This document shows, piece by piece, positions 1 to 10,100 of a stretch of 38,997 nucleotides of DNA. The stretch lies in IMG/VR virus record IMGVR_UViG_3300019471_000044. The stretch is one strand, 5' to 3'. The stretch is from a virus. Both the position numbers and the translations under genes were made by a program. Below the pieces are notes generated by a model that was given only the letters and a program-made list of their open reading frames with translations, was not told where the DNA came from and did not search any database. Position 1 is the stretch's first letter. Each line of letters begins with the position of its first letter.

Positions 1-127
1 CATCTCCGCTGACTGGTATTCCTCCGCTGACTGGACCACGTCAACTCTGACGCTCTGGTCGCTGGGAAATACGTAGCCGGCGCACTCAACCTCGACAAGA
101 TAGCTCTCAACCGGTAGCACCTTGGGA
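1..127. repeat. Terminal overlap copy 1 (identical to 38871-38997)
   Basis: Base-by-base identity by eye: catctccgctgactggtattcc...ccggtagcaccttggga is at both ends. This is either a circular-assembly overlap or terminal redundancy. Confidence 0.95.
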
Positions 128-342
128 ATCTTAAACGATACTTTTGAGCCTTGGACAGTCGCATTAAACGTCGTTTTGCCCTTTTTGCTGACAAAGTGGA
201 TTGTTGCTTCCTGCCCGTCGAGATCAATCGGGACCCAGTTCTCATCATATAATGCAAAACCAAAAAGGGAAGCCGAGTCGCCTTGTTTAACGACCCGGCC
301 ACCCTCAAACTGCTTTAAATTCGTACAGTTTGAGCGATTCAT
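1..342 (-). CDS. 5' part (first 114 codons) of the wrap-around last late gene; BppU_N-like Ig-fold N-terminal domain
   Basis: ATG at 342-340 is preceded by AGGGGTGATTGA. It reads MNRSNCTNLKQFEGGRVVKQGDSASLFGFALYDENWVPIDLDGQEATIHFVSKKGKTTFNATVQGSKVSFKIPK with no stop, in frame with ORF 38322-38990 through the 127-bp overlap. The full protein is 296 aa. Confidence 0.8.
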   Translation of the reverse strand, partial: MNRSNCTNLKQFEGGRVVKQGDSASLFGFALYDENWVPIDLDGQEATIHFVSKKGKTTFNATVQGSKVSFKIPKVLPVESYLVEVECAGYVFPSDQSVRVDVVQSAEEYQSAEM

Positions 343-355
343 TCAATCACCCCTT

Positions 356-1201
356 TTACTCATAATAGTTCACTAGATCGTCCTTATCCCAGCACGATAA
401 CCAAATAGGGCCGAATTGCCCGAACTCAAACAAGCGCCAGTAATACCCGCCATAATATCCGCCTTTGCCTGTATCTGTGATATGGGCTTCATCGAGTTCG
501 AACGAGAAGAACATTCCTGCCTTGAAGTCTTTATCCGCACCGTCTGGCAAGTTGTTTCCATTCTCATCAACCCAGTTTACCATTGATACCGGGATCCCGT
601 TCTCGAGCCAATCAAAACCAACCGGCGCGAGATAGTCGCACTTGATCTGCCAGATACCATGGATATACTTAACCTCGTTCGCTTGGTAATAGGCCTTGTC
701 CTTTGGCTGTACGGCCGTGCTTGCTTGGTTGTTGGTCTGTGGTGCTGTGTCAGCATATCGCCAAACCTCGATATAGTTCGGTTTATTCCAGCCGTAATAG
801 TCGTTCCAAGGATAGGTATTAATAGCCTGACCTGTCGCGCCCTGTGTTGAGTAGTCGCAAGAAATGAAGTATGTATCGTCAATCATCGCTCCGACGTGGC
901 CTCCAGCACCGCCAGAACTTGACATATCAGCACCCCAGCTCATAAGAATAATATCGGCTGGTTGTGCGTCCCAGTCTTGATTGATACTCACACGGTAAAA
1001 TCCGTTGTTTGCGAGTTGCTGGCCAAGAGTTACCGTTGATGGTAAGCCGATGATATTGATTCCGGCTTCTTTTAAAACTTGCGACATGATACCGGAGCAG
1101 TCACCCGTGCCATCTGCCCCATTACGGCTTCCAAACATTGAATAAGTAATTAGTCCGCGACGACTAGTAAAACCGTTAACGATAGATTGTTGTACACTCA
1201 T
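356..1201 (-). CDS. Endolysin (Cys-peptidase/amidase-type N-domain plus SH3b-like wall-binding C-domain)
   Basis: 281-aa ORF directly after two holin-like genes. It has a GDCSG...HVG catalytic-like motif pattern recalled from phage peptidoglycan hydrolases (Amidase_5/CHAP type). The C-terminus is aromatic and Gly-rich (GGYYGGYYW). Confidence 0.8.
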   Translation of the reverse strand: MSVQQSIVNGFTSRRGLITYSMFGSRNGADGTGDCSGIMSQVLKEAGINIIGLPSTVTLGQQLANNGFYRVSINQDWDAQPADIILMSWGADMSSSGGAGGHVGAMIDDTYFISCDYSTQGATGQAINTYPWNDYYGWNKPNYIEVWRYADTAPQTNNQASTAVQPKDKAYYQANEVKYIHGIWQIKCDYLAPVGFDWLENGIPVSMVNWVDENGNNLPDGADKDFKAGMFFSFELDEAHITDTGKGGYYGGYYWRLFEFGQFGPIWLSCWDKDDLVNYYE

Positions 1202-1211
1202 TTTCTATCTC

Positions 1212-1541
1212 CTATTTTTTCCACTCTTCGTTAGCTTTTTTGACTGCCGCTTCAATAAAGGTATTGAGTTCTTGGCTTGTCAAGTGGATATTTTGAGATT
1301 CAAGGCCCTCGATCAAGCTAGTTTTAGCGTGCTCGAGTTTATCCTTGCCGTGGATATCCAGCTTATCCGCAACTTGCTCTGTAGCGTTGACCGCGTTCTT
1401 TGCCAAGATCTCGACGATCTCGATTGCTTTCTTACCACCGCGCATTAGTAAGTATTTCTTGATCGCTTGTACCACGATCCCTGTTAATACCACTAAAATG
1501 CTCATTGCTGATGATGTGATAATGCTTGTGATTTGATTCAT
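1212..1541 (-). CDS. Holin-like protein (LL-H type: one N-terminal TM segment plus hydrophilic tail)
   Basis: 109 aa, with N-terminal hydrophobic segment ITSIITSSAMSILVVLTGIVVQAI followed by a charged helical tail. It lies immediately upstream of the endolysin. Confidence 0.65.
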   Translation of the reverse strand: MNQITSIITSSAMSILVVLTGIVVQAIKKYLLMRGGKKAIEIVEILAKNAVNATEQVADKLDIHGKDKLEHAKTSLIEGLESQNIHLTSQELNTFIEAAVKKANEEWKK

Positions 1542-1542
1542 G

Positions 1543-1992
1543 CTATTTGTCCTCTTTCTTCTTTATCAATTTTTTAGGCTCTTTCAAGCCGTCCTTGAGT
1601 TGAAATTTTTCATGATCGATATTTTGCTTAATAAAGTGATCGAGGCCGGGAATTTCTACCCCCAGCGCCGAAAGACTGGCCAAAATACTTGAGCCGTATG
1701 CTGCCATCATCGCAACGATAAAGGTATCAATCACGGGTCCAAGATTCATGTATAACGCGAACGGATAGCCAACTGCAACAATTAAAATCATAGCTGTATG
1801 ACTGACTAGCCCTTTCCGCCATTTTCGGCTTGAAAACTCATGATAAGCCCACGCTCTGGATACCCCTAAAACGATATCCAAAGCAACAACAACCATCAAG
1901 GCAAACACGATCATGTGTTCATCAATCCCGTGATCGTAGAAATCACGGACTATTTCAATAATCCCAAAAATTCCGTCTGGTTTTGGATCCAT
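1543..1992 (-). CDS. Holin / lysis membrane protein (multi-TM)
   Basis: 149 aa with 3-4 hydrophobic segments (MIVFALMVVVALDIVLGV, AMILIVAVGYPFALY, FIVAMMAAYGSSILASLSALGV) and a Lys-rich C-terminus. Located in the lysis cassette. Confidence 0.7.
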   Translation of the reverse strand: MDPKPDGIFGIIEIVRDFYDHGIDEHMIVFALMVVVALDIVLGVSRAWAYHEFSSRKWRKGLVSHTAMILIVAVGYPFALYMNLGPVIDTFIVAMMAAYGSSILASLSALGVEIPGLDHFIKQNIDHEKFQLKDGLKEPKKLIKKKEDK

Positions 1993-2023
1993 TAATCACC
2001 CTCCCTCCTGTCAAGCTACTCGC

Positions 2024-2647
2024 TTACTGGACGGGTTGAGTTTCAAGCTCTCCCGCTGGTTTTGGATCGTTCTCTGGTTTCGGCTCTGTCCATTTCCAAA
2101 TGCCAATCTTCCCGTTTTGGTGCAATGATTCGAGCTGGTCAAGCGTTTCTCCATTATATGTAAATGGTTCTGTCACTTGGACCATCACGCGCTTGCCTTC
2201 GCTAAATTTCTCAACGTGGTTAGGGTCCTCAAGTGCAAAGATCGCTTGTGCTGGATATGTTGTGCCAACTTTCCCAAGATCCACTAACTCAAGGCCACGC
2301 TTGAATACTGTAGGATCGAGCGGGTTGTCCACGTCAGTTACTCGAGCAAGTACGCTCCACTCAGCGACGTCTTTGACTTTCTGAATTTCTTCGTCTTTTT
2401 TGGCGAGTTTAGCTTCGTACTCTTGCGCTTGAGTGTGCAAGTCCTCTTGCAATTTCTTCACACCCTCAGCCGGGTTTAGCTCGGTCACGACTTGACCAAG
2501 TACGGCTTGGATCAGCACTTCATCTGATTCGCTGGTACGGTCACCGATCAAAACGCGTTCAAAAGCTGTGTAAGGGTTAGCTGACCGGATTGATACAAAT
2601 GTACGTCCTTCCTCTTGTAGATACTTGTTAATGATTTTAAATTCCAT
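2024..2647 (-). CDS. Hypothetical protein between the tail tip genes and the lysis cassette
   Basis: 207-aa ORF, co-oriented and tightly packed, with a central coiled-coil stretch. No motif recognised. Confidence 0.65.
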   Translation of the reverse strand: MEFKIINKYLQEEGRTFVSIRSANPYTAFERVLIGDRTSESDEVLIQAVLGQVVTELNPAEGVKKLQEDLHTQAQEYEAKLAKKDEEIQKVKDVAEWSVLARVTDVDNPLDPTVFKRGLELVDLGKVGTTYPAQAIFALEDPNHVEKFSEGKRVMVQVTEPFTYNGETLDQLESLHQNGKIGIWKWTEPKPENDPKPAGELETQPVQ

Positions 2648-2651
2648 GTGT

Positions 2652-2870
2652 TTAGTCCTTTTGTTCTTCTAATTTTTGAGCTGTTTCATCGAACAACTCT
2701 TTGAGTGCTTGATCGCTATCTAAAACGTCGTTAAACTTAGCTAGTAGCTCGTTTACGCGCTTGTTTTCTTCGTTTGCTTCCTTGTATAAGACCGTATATT
2801 TTGTAGCCTCAACGATAGCATTTGCGAGATTCTGCGAGATCTCATTTATAATTTTATTTACTGTGTCCAT
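2652..2870 (-). CDS. Small coiled-coil protein (72 aa)
   Basis: The internal ATG at 2870 is preceded by GGGGGTGGAGTTAAC and follows the Tal stop at 2872. The longer track ORF (to 3035) would overlap Tal. Confidence 0.55.
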   Translation of the reverse strand: MDTVNKIINEISQNLANAIVEATKYTVLYKEANEENKRVNELLAKFNDVLDSDQALKELFDETAQKLEEQKD

Positions 2871-2871
2871 G

Positions 2872-5800
2872 TTAACTCCACCCCCATTTGTTGGTGTCAT
2901 TCCAGCCGGGAGTCCCTTCATTATTTTGTGCGCGGAACCTGTATAACTGAGCAATATTATCCCCGATTTGCCAAAGAATCTGGCGTAAACTTGCGTTTCC
3001 TCCGCCAGCTTTTTCAAACAAAAAATCTCCGGCATAAATTCGCGAATTTCTCTTGTTTGTTATTGAGAATAACGACGTGTCCGAATAAGTCGTTTTCATA
3101 AGCCACCCATTGCGGTTTTGAAAAGGAGAATCACACAAAACAATTTCATCTCCAACAACGTCGACCGAGTCTGCGTAGCCTTCAGCATTTGATCCATTCC
3201 AGATTCGAATACCAGTGAAGCCACCAGAATTTCCATCTTCAGACCGGCCGTTTCCGTATCGGTTCGATCCCAGAATCGTCATTCCGACTGGTTGTGAGCG
3301 GCCTTGTACCCAACCTTTGCTAAATTTCAAAAATTGAGTTGGAAAATTAGCTCCCGAACCTATTCTTTTTATTACTGATTCGTCAGACGTCGATTCTAAC
3401 GCGCTATTGTCAAGGTCAAATTTCAACTTTCCATTCTTTGAGGCTAAAACACCACCGTGAATAATATTAGCTGTAAGCCCATCTGATACAATGTTCTTTG
3501 ACGATACGTTGATAAGTCTTGCTATGTTTGCGTCAATCTCTCCAATATGGGCAGTTCCGATCTGACCATCTCCAATCATCGCCTTTTTTATAACCCCGTC
3601 TTTGACGTAGGTTTTCTCACCAATCGCGATGAGTGCTTCATTCAGCTTGATTGATCCGTCTTTGTTGAGGTTGAGCTGGCCCAATATATCGCCCGCACTA
3701 TTGATATTCTTGATCGAATACGTTCCCGCAAGTTGCGTGACTTGGGTCCGTATAGCTTCTGCCATCTGTTGGGCTTGTCTGGCCTGCTCGGCAACTTGTG
3801 CAGCTCTTGCTTGCGCATTTTCCGCTTTAGTTTGTGCGCTTTCCGCTTTGGCTTGAGCACTATCGGCTTTCATTCGTGCATTAGCGGCGCCTGTTACTGC
3901 TGTATTAGCTCTACTTTCAGCGCCTTCCGCTATCGCTTGCGCACTGTCTGCCTTAGCTTGAGCACTTCCAGCGCGGGCTTGGGCTGTAAGCGCGATCTGC
4001 TTCGCTTCATCAGTTTTGCCAGACACTTCACCGATTTTCGAGGTCATTTTTGAACCGAGGGCCTTTGTTTCAGCAAAAGCGTCGTCAAACTGGCTCGGTT
4101 TGTATGGACCAGTACGCGATCCACGGACAAGCATAATTTCTTTAATTTCTACCCAGCCGTTTTTGATAACATACACATAAAATGGTAAGTTCCTGTGATT
4201 GCCGAACTCAAAATCTGAGGACATATAAAACGTCCCTTGAAATTCTTTCCATTCGTCCGATACAGGGGTACTAGCGCGTGCGGCTGTAGCTACGAACGCT
4301 GCGCGATTCAAAATGTGGTTTTTGATAATAACGTTAAAATCACTATCAAGCGCCCCACGAACACGGTATTTAAAACCAACGGAATACGTTTCACCACGAT
4401 AAATCTTGCGAACGTAAATTGGGAGTGTGAACCCCGACCAGTTATAAGACGTTGCGCCCTGTGCTTTGATCGTAAAAACTCCATCGCTGACAGATACATT
4501 GACACCGGGCCGATTTTCGTTTACTAAAACGTGCTGATCCATCGTCTCTGAGTTAACAATCAAATTATTGTCACTAGTGACGTACTTCCCGACTTCCGTC
4601 TGAAAGATATCACTGGACATAACCAATCGAGATAGCTTGTCCGGAGCTTCGCTCTCGCTCTTACCAAGGATACGCTCGTACATCTTATTAGATTCCGTGA
4701 TCTTGTTATATTCTAGGGTCTGAGCCGTGATCTGTTTGGACAGATTAAGAAGATCGCGCCCTTGATCGTTTTGGACCCGATCCAAAGCGTCAAACTGGCC
4801 CACGGTTGCGAATTGTTGAGTCACTTTGGACACAATCTTACTATAGATCGTGTCACCGTCAACGCTTTTTACCCCTTCCGTGACTTTGTTCTGCAAGTCC
4901 GGGCTGTTCAAGATCTGTTGTTTGATCTGATCAGATAGCTTGCTAGTGTCTGGTAGCGTTCCGGCTTTCTTTAGGGCTTCTTCTGCCTTTGCGTCGGCTT
5001 GCGCGATTGCTTGGGTTGTTGAGGCTTGAGCGTCCGAGATCTGTTTATCAACCTCTTTCTTGACCTTGTCAATATCCTCTGTGTCGATCCGTTTCTCCCA
5101 CTGAGAGCCGTTCCAGACATACATGCGGTCATATAGACCGTTCTTTTCAAACCAGATATCACCGACTTTATGCTCGCTGTTATCCGGACGGTTGTACCAA
5201 ACCTTGTTACCTTGAGCATTTAAGAGATAATCTGGCAAGGTATTTACCAGCCGTTGTTGATTGCTTGCTAAATCGTCAATCTTACCGGATAGGTTGCTGG
5301 TCATTGAGGACTTAAAGCCATCACCGATAACTCCGACCTCGACACTGTCATTCTGCTCTAGCAATACATCATAGACAATAGTTGTCAGTTTGGCATCTTC
5401 ACTAGTAAGCCCGATCTGAGGATAATAGACGGGGACGATGTCGCAAAGTTCAGCTTCTTCTAAAATCTGAGTTAGTTTATAATCAAGTGTTTTTGATAAG
5501 TCTACATACTCGATTTTAGTATTGATTTTGGGGAGTCCTAGACGGTTATTAATTGCGTATTCTTTGGCAAGTCTGCGTAACTTGTCAATCGTTGGGACTT
5601 CCTTGTCTTTAAAGTTAGACGAGAAGTCAACGATCAAAACCCGTCGCTCATTGTATAAGCCGATATAAGGACCGTCTACATATTTCTCAGGTAGCTCAAC
5701 TGTGATTTGTTGGCTAGTTGATCCACCGTCCCCATTTCCTTGATTTTCCGGGGTGTAGGTAGCGTAAGGATAGACGCTGGTATAAGCACCCTCAATATCT

Positions 5801-6405
5801 TGGTCATCTTCTGCTCGCAGGATATTGCGACCATATTCCAGGACAGTAGGGCTTTTACGTCCTAGCTGTTTATGCAGTCTGATAACGGTATTATCAAACT
5901 CGTATTCACCGCCCCAAACATCAAGGATTGAGCCTTTGACACCGCCCAGGGCATCACGCGCCGTCTTGAAGTCTGCGATATTCCAGCTTGTCTTTGAGGT
6001 TAAATCAATATCGGACCATGTATCAAAGCGAATACCACCCAGGGCATTTAAAGCCCAGATAGCCAAAGCCGACTGAGCTGTCCCTGTAGCGTTGGTATTA
6101 TTCCTAATAGCCATCTTTTCGGTCAAGTGGCTGATATGTTTGGCATAGACTTTTAAAATGCCTGAGCTGTCCTTAAGGATACGGGAAATGAAGAAAGTCT
6201 GATTTTTGGTCCGTAAACCAGCATCAGACTTGATCCGCATATCATTTTTAAACGTACCTGCAAGCGGGCCGCTAGCTGGGTACTCGATGTATAGAGTATA
6301 ATTCCCGTTACGTTCCCGTGTGACTTGCGCTTTTGTTGCGTCAATTTCTCCCAGACCGTAGGTTTCAAACGCTGTTTCGTTTGCATTATAAAGAATAGGT
6401 CTCAT
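2872..6405 (-). CDS. Tail-associated lysin / tail tip protein (Tal) with extended receptor-binding C-terminus
   Basis: Start is MRPILYNANETAFETYGLGEI, the prophage tail endopeptidase-type N-terminus, overlapping the Dit stop (ATGA at 6402-6405). It has a CBM-like block, an Ala/Gln-rich coiled coil and a C-terminal head domain. Length 1177 aa. Confidence 0.85.
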   Translation of the reverse strand: MRPILYNANETAFETYGLGEIDATKAQVTRERNGNYTLYIEYPASGPLAGTFKNDMRIKSDAGLRTKNQTFFISRILKDSSGILKVYAKHISHLTEKMAIRNNTNATGTAQSALAIWALNALGGIRFDTWSDIDLTSKTSWNIADFKTARDALGGVKGSILDVWGGEYEFDNTVIRLHKQLGRKSPTVLEYGRNILRAEDDQDIEGAYTSVYPYATYTPENQGNGDGGSTSQQITVELPEKYVDGPYIGLYNERRVLIVDFSSNFKDKEVPTIDKLRRLAKEYAINNRLGLPKINTKIEYVDLSKTLDYKLTQILEEAELCDIVPVYYPQIGLTSEDAKLTTIVYDVLLEQNDSVEVGVIGDGFKSSMTSNLSGKIDDLASNQQRLVNTLPDYLLNAQGNKVWYNRPDNSEHKVGDIWFEKNGLYDRMYVWNGSQWEKRIDTEDIDKVKKEVDKQISDAQASTTQAIAQADAKAEEALKKAGTLPDTSKLSDQIKQQILNSPDLQNKVTEGVKSVDGDTIYSKIVSKVTQQFATVGQFDALDRVQNDQGRDLLNLSKQITAQTLEYNKITESNKMYERILGKSESEAPDKLSRLVMSSDIFQTEVGKYVTSDNNLIVNSETMDQHVLVNENRPGVNVSVSDGVFTIKAQGATSYNWSGFTLPIYVRKIYRGETYSVGFKYRVRGALDSDFNVIIKNHILNRAAFVATAARASTPVSDEWKEFQGTFYMSSDFEFGNHRNLPFYVYVIKNGWVEIKEIMLVRGSRTGPYKPSQFDDAFAETKALGSKMTSKIGEVSGKTDEAKQIALTAQARAGSAQAKADSAQAIAEGAESRANTAVTGAANARMKADSAQAKAESAQTKAENAQARAAQVAEQARQAQQMAEAIRTQVTQLAGTYSIKNINSAGDILGQLNLNKDGSIKLNEALIAIGEKTYVKDGVIKKAMIGDGQIGTAHIGEIDANIARLINVSSKNIVSDGLTANIIHGGVLASKNGKLKFDLDNSALESTSDESVIKRIGSGANFPTQFLKFSKGWVQGRSQPVGMTILGSNRYGNGRSEDGNSGGFTGIRIWNGSNAEGYADSVDVVGDEIVLCDSPFQNRNGWLMKTTYSDTSLFSITNKRNSRIYAGDFLFEKAGGGNASLRQILWQIGDNIAQLYRFRAQNNEGTPGWNDTNKWGWS
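3760..4020 (-). repeat. Ala/Gln-rich short tandem repeats inside Tal (SAQAKA/ESAQTKA/ENAQARA units)
   Basis: The protein stretch AQARAGSAQAKADSAQAIAEGAESRANTAVTGAANARMKADSAQAKAESAQTKAENAQARAAQVAEQARQAQQ matches visibly reiterated gcttgagcac/gctttggc DNA units. Confidence 0.7.
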
Positions 6406-7115
6406 AATTTGACCCCCCAGTTTGGAATCATGGTAACAGTAAAATTCCCGTCCCAGCTTATCAAGTTCCTGCCATAATCTAAGTACGGCATCTGGAATTG
6501 AGGGGAACGAACCACCTTGTCCCACGCTTGCAAGTTGCCAGAAAATACCTGGTTAGCTTGCATATCCAGCGTGATCCTATTCTGTACTGCCTTTAACTTA
6601 GTCTTGCGCCCGTTGATAGTAAGCGTGCAATCTCCAGACCCCACTAGTGTGATGATCGGTTTTGCGTTGACATTTCCGAGTCCATTGATCGCAACTCCAT
6701 TTGTCAGTGTTTGAGTAGTACGCCCTTGCTTGTAAAATTTGACTGGATAGGTCAAGAAGTTCAGCTTGACTTTCCCAAACTGTCGCATAAGGCTAGACAC
6801 TTCAAAAGTCTCAATAAAAGCTGACCGGTAGATAAAATCTGGGTCCCATGATAGAGTAAGATCTTTATAACCATCTACATTTAGCCAGTTACTGATGTCA
6901 CTTTCTGCATCTGTGAGTTTGCGATTTGAAAGGACGGTACAAGGCAGTTCGATAGTCACCGATTTAAGACGGTTCTTTGAGATCAATAGATCACCATCAC
7001 GACCAGGGACCGCTACTGTTTCCACGTCGCTACCAGTCGAACTAATAATATAGTCGCTGGTCACTCGTAGCCCGTGAGTGGTGCTTGATACACCGTTAAA
7101 TGTAAAACTTCCCAC
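6402..7115 (-). CDS. Distal tail protein (Dit)
   Basis: 237 aa between the tape measure and Tal. GTG start overlaps the TMP stop (TAGTG), with GGAGG upstream. The N-terminus FTFNGVSS...GLRV is typical of siphovirus tail component proteins. Confidence 0.8.
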   Translation of the reverse strand: MGSFTFNGVSSTTHGLRVTSDYIISSTGSDVETVAVPGRDGDLLISKNRLKSVTIELPCTVLSNRKLTDAESDISNWLNVDGYKDLTLSWDPDFIYRSAFIETFEVSSLMRQFGKVKLNFLTYPVKFYKQGRTTQTLTNGVAINGLGNVNAKPIITLVGSGDCTLTINGRKTKLKAVQNRITLDMQANQVFSGNLQAWDKVVRSPQFQMPYLDYGRNLISWDGNFTVTMIPNWGVKL

Positions 7116-10100
7116 TATGCCATTCTACCTCCTTCCAAATTCGTATAGTATGCAAGCTCACGCAAGAGCCTGCGCATATTTTCGGGGCTGAAAAAATTAT
7201 CATTAGCTGTGCCGTTTGCGTTAAGTGTGTAGTTGTTGGTTACGTTTGAGTTTGAGCTTCCACCGCCTGCGTAGCCAAAGCGCGTAGCTAGTGTATCAGT
7301 TAGGCCACTTACAAGATCACCGCGCCCTGGCAAGTTAAAGCCAAAGCCGTCAGTATATTTCTTGCCGGATTCGACTGTCTTGTTCGCAAGGTCAGTCATT
7401 GAGTCGTCTACATAGTAGCCGTATTTTTCAATACCTACTGCCATACCTTCTGGGATAGCGCGACCTACTTGATCTCTAAACACCTTGGACGGCGAGTTAA
7501 TAGCCAAAGTAGACCGGGCTGCTGCAACTGCGCTACTTGCTATGCTGGCTGCTGCAGATGCAACCGCTCCGGCCATAGCGTAGATACCACTCATCATACC
7601 TTCGCCAATGGACATACCGGCATTATACCCACCGTTATATCCACCAGACATACCGTTATGCGCCGAGGCTTTAAGGTTGCTAGACGCGTTAAATACTGCT
7701 CCGTTATGGCTTGCCACCCCACTAGTGACACCCGTACCGAATTGTGAGCCGGCATTTCTACCATCATGCCCTAGTGATCTAACAGATGTATTAATCATCA
7801 TCTTCATTGCATTAGACGCACCAGTAGCAATACCTTGTGATGAGTTAATACCACCACCGATACCAGTTCCGAATTGTGATCCGTACTGTTGCCCGTTTAT
7901 CGACATCGCCAAAAACTGAGCCGAAATAGCAAGGTTCATCGCAGACGCTGCACCAACTGCTACCTGCTGACCTACACCGATACCGATTGCGATACCAGAG
8001 CCAAATTCAGAACCTTTATTTTGTCCGTCCGTGGCCATACCGTCCATTGTAGCGGTTGCATTTGATTTGAGGGTACTCGCTGCACCTTGCACGACATCGG
8101 ACCGGCTCAGTACACCATCTCCGACACCCGCACCAAGCTCAGCACCTTTTACTTGGCCCTCGCCAAAGAGGCTGGCCAGCGCTCCAAGCGCTGCACCCTT
8201 AAGGCCTTCACTCGCACCTTGTACAGCGCCTTGGTTATCGGTCATACCTTGAGCATATCCACCGCTTACTTGTGATCCGCTATACTTGGCTTCTGTTGGC
8301 AAGTTGTTAAAGGCTTGCTTAGATGCCTCTGTGACTTCTGAGGCTGCCTGTTGGACATCGCCTTTACCAGACCGCATACCCTCACTAATTTTCTGAGGCA
8401 CTTCACGACCTTTGACTTCAAAACCGGCATCAGCGAGTGCGCTTCTAAACTCATCGCCGATAGCAGTTACCATGCTCTCGATTTCGGGCGGTAACTCTTG
8501 GCCTGTAGCACGAATCCCACGGAGGAAGCCTTCCTTGGCTTTATCTCCCGCCTCGGTCCATTTACCGTTGAGTCGTCCAAGCTGTTCATCGGACGCATCT
8601 ACAAGGGCCTGCGTTTGGTTGGCCATTTTAGGGCCAGCCTGGCGCATTTGCTCGATAAGCCCTTGGTCTAGTCCGCGTTTCGCTAGTGTTTCAAGGTTCT
8701 GAGACCACTTATCAACCGCGTCGATGTTCTTTTGCAAGTTGGCAGTCATTTGATCTGCAGATAAGGCTGTCTGCTGTTCGATAGCTTGGAAAGCGTTCTG
8801 AACTTCACCTTTGAGATTAGCAAATTCTTGTTGCATCATCTCTACAGCTTTTCGCTGGGCTTCGTTCATGTTCTCCATCGTATAGATCATACGACCAGAC
8901 GCATCTTCTGTAGATTTAGCCTTGACTTCGTTATTCTTAACGATTGTATTTGTTAACTCGTTATCAGACTCCTCGGTTTTCTTGATGTCGTCCTGTAACT
9001 TCTTGACTTCTTCGTTGTATCTCTTCTTGGCTTCTGTCTTGATACCATCTCGGACTTTCCCGCCAACAAAAGCAACGTCTTCTATTTTTTCAGTCTTATC
9101 AAGGACACCTTGGTACTCTTTCTCGAGTTCCTTCATCTTATCCTTGATTTCAAGGCGCTTCTTGGCATTTTCGATCATTCTCTCGTTGGCAGCTTCAATC
9201 TCAGCCGATGCCTTGGCAATCTCAATCTGCTTACGGATCGCGTCCGTGGTCATGTTGATTGTGCCTGTGGCTTTATCGTACTGGATATTCAAGCCCTCAA
9301 TACGTGAGTTAAGGGTTTCTGCTGCAGACGCAAGCTCTTTCTTCTGAGCGGCAGTCTTGTTTTCGACCGCGTTTAATTCGTCGATTTTCTTGACTAATCG
9401 CTCGTTATCCTCGGCTGTAGCTTGGATCTCGTTTCTGCGATCTTTATAGGCTTCATTGCCTTTGTTGATGCTTTCGTGTAGATCATCGAGGGATTGCTGG
9501 AACTCTTTTGCTTTCTCTTTCGCCTTTTTGGTTTCTTCACTTTCTTGCGTCAACCATGACACCAGACCAGCGATAGCACCGACAACGATAAAGACTCCAC
9601 CAGACGATAGAGAAGCCAAAGCTCCAGCGAGTCCGGTAGTAGCTCCTGTTGCTACAAGCGAGGTACTGGTTAGAGATACCAGGGAAGTTATAAGCGTGCC
9701 AATTAGACTACCGATACCCTTGATAATGGATAGACCCAGCATAGCTCCTTTAAAGAGCAATACCGCACCTACGACACCAGCGAATATCGAGATAAGCGGG
9801 TCTAATACAGGCTTGAGGAAGCCTAATACACTTACTAGTGATTTAACAACTGGAGTGGCACCACGAATGACACTAATAATCACATTAAATGTGCTATTTA
9901 CCGCGCCTTTAATACTATCAAGGTTTTGGGCAATGCTCTTACCAGTTACGGCCTTACTCATCTTGTCGAACTCAGCAATGACATTCGCGATACCTTTTGC
10001 TACCGCGTTCACGATGTTGCCAAATGAAGTCTTGATACCTTCTGAGTTTTTCTTCGCCATCTCGGCAAAGCCGTTTGTACCCTTGTTAAGTTCAATCAGT

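Noticed and set aside
122-376. Plus-strand ORF of 84 aa at the window start
   Set aside because: It is antisense to the 5' part of the wrap-around late gene and to the endolysin stop region, and it has no RBS.
6406-6525. Upstream extensions of track ORFs: Tal to 6525, 2652-3035, scaffold to 16327, YopX to 24415, cro to 32736 and lipoprotein from 33601
   Set aside because: The extensions overlap the preceding genes and lack RBSs. The internal starts have good RBSs and give family-typical N-termini.
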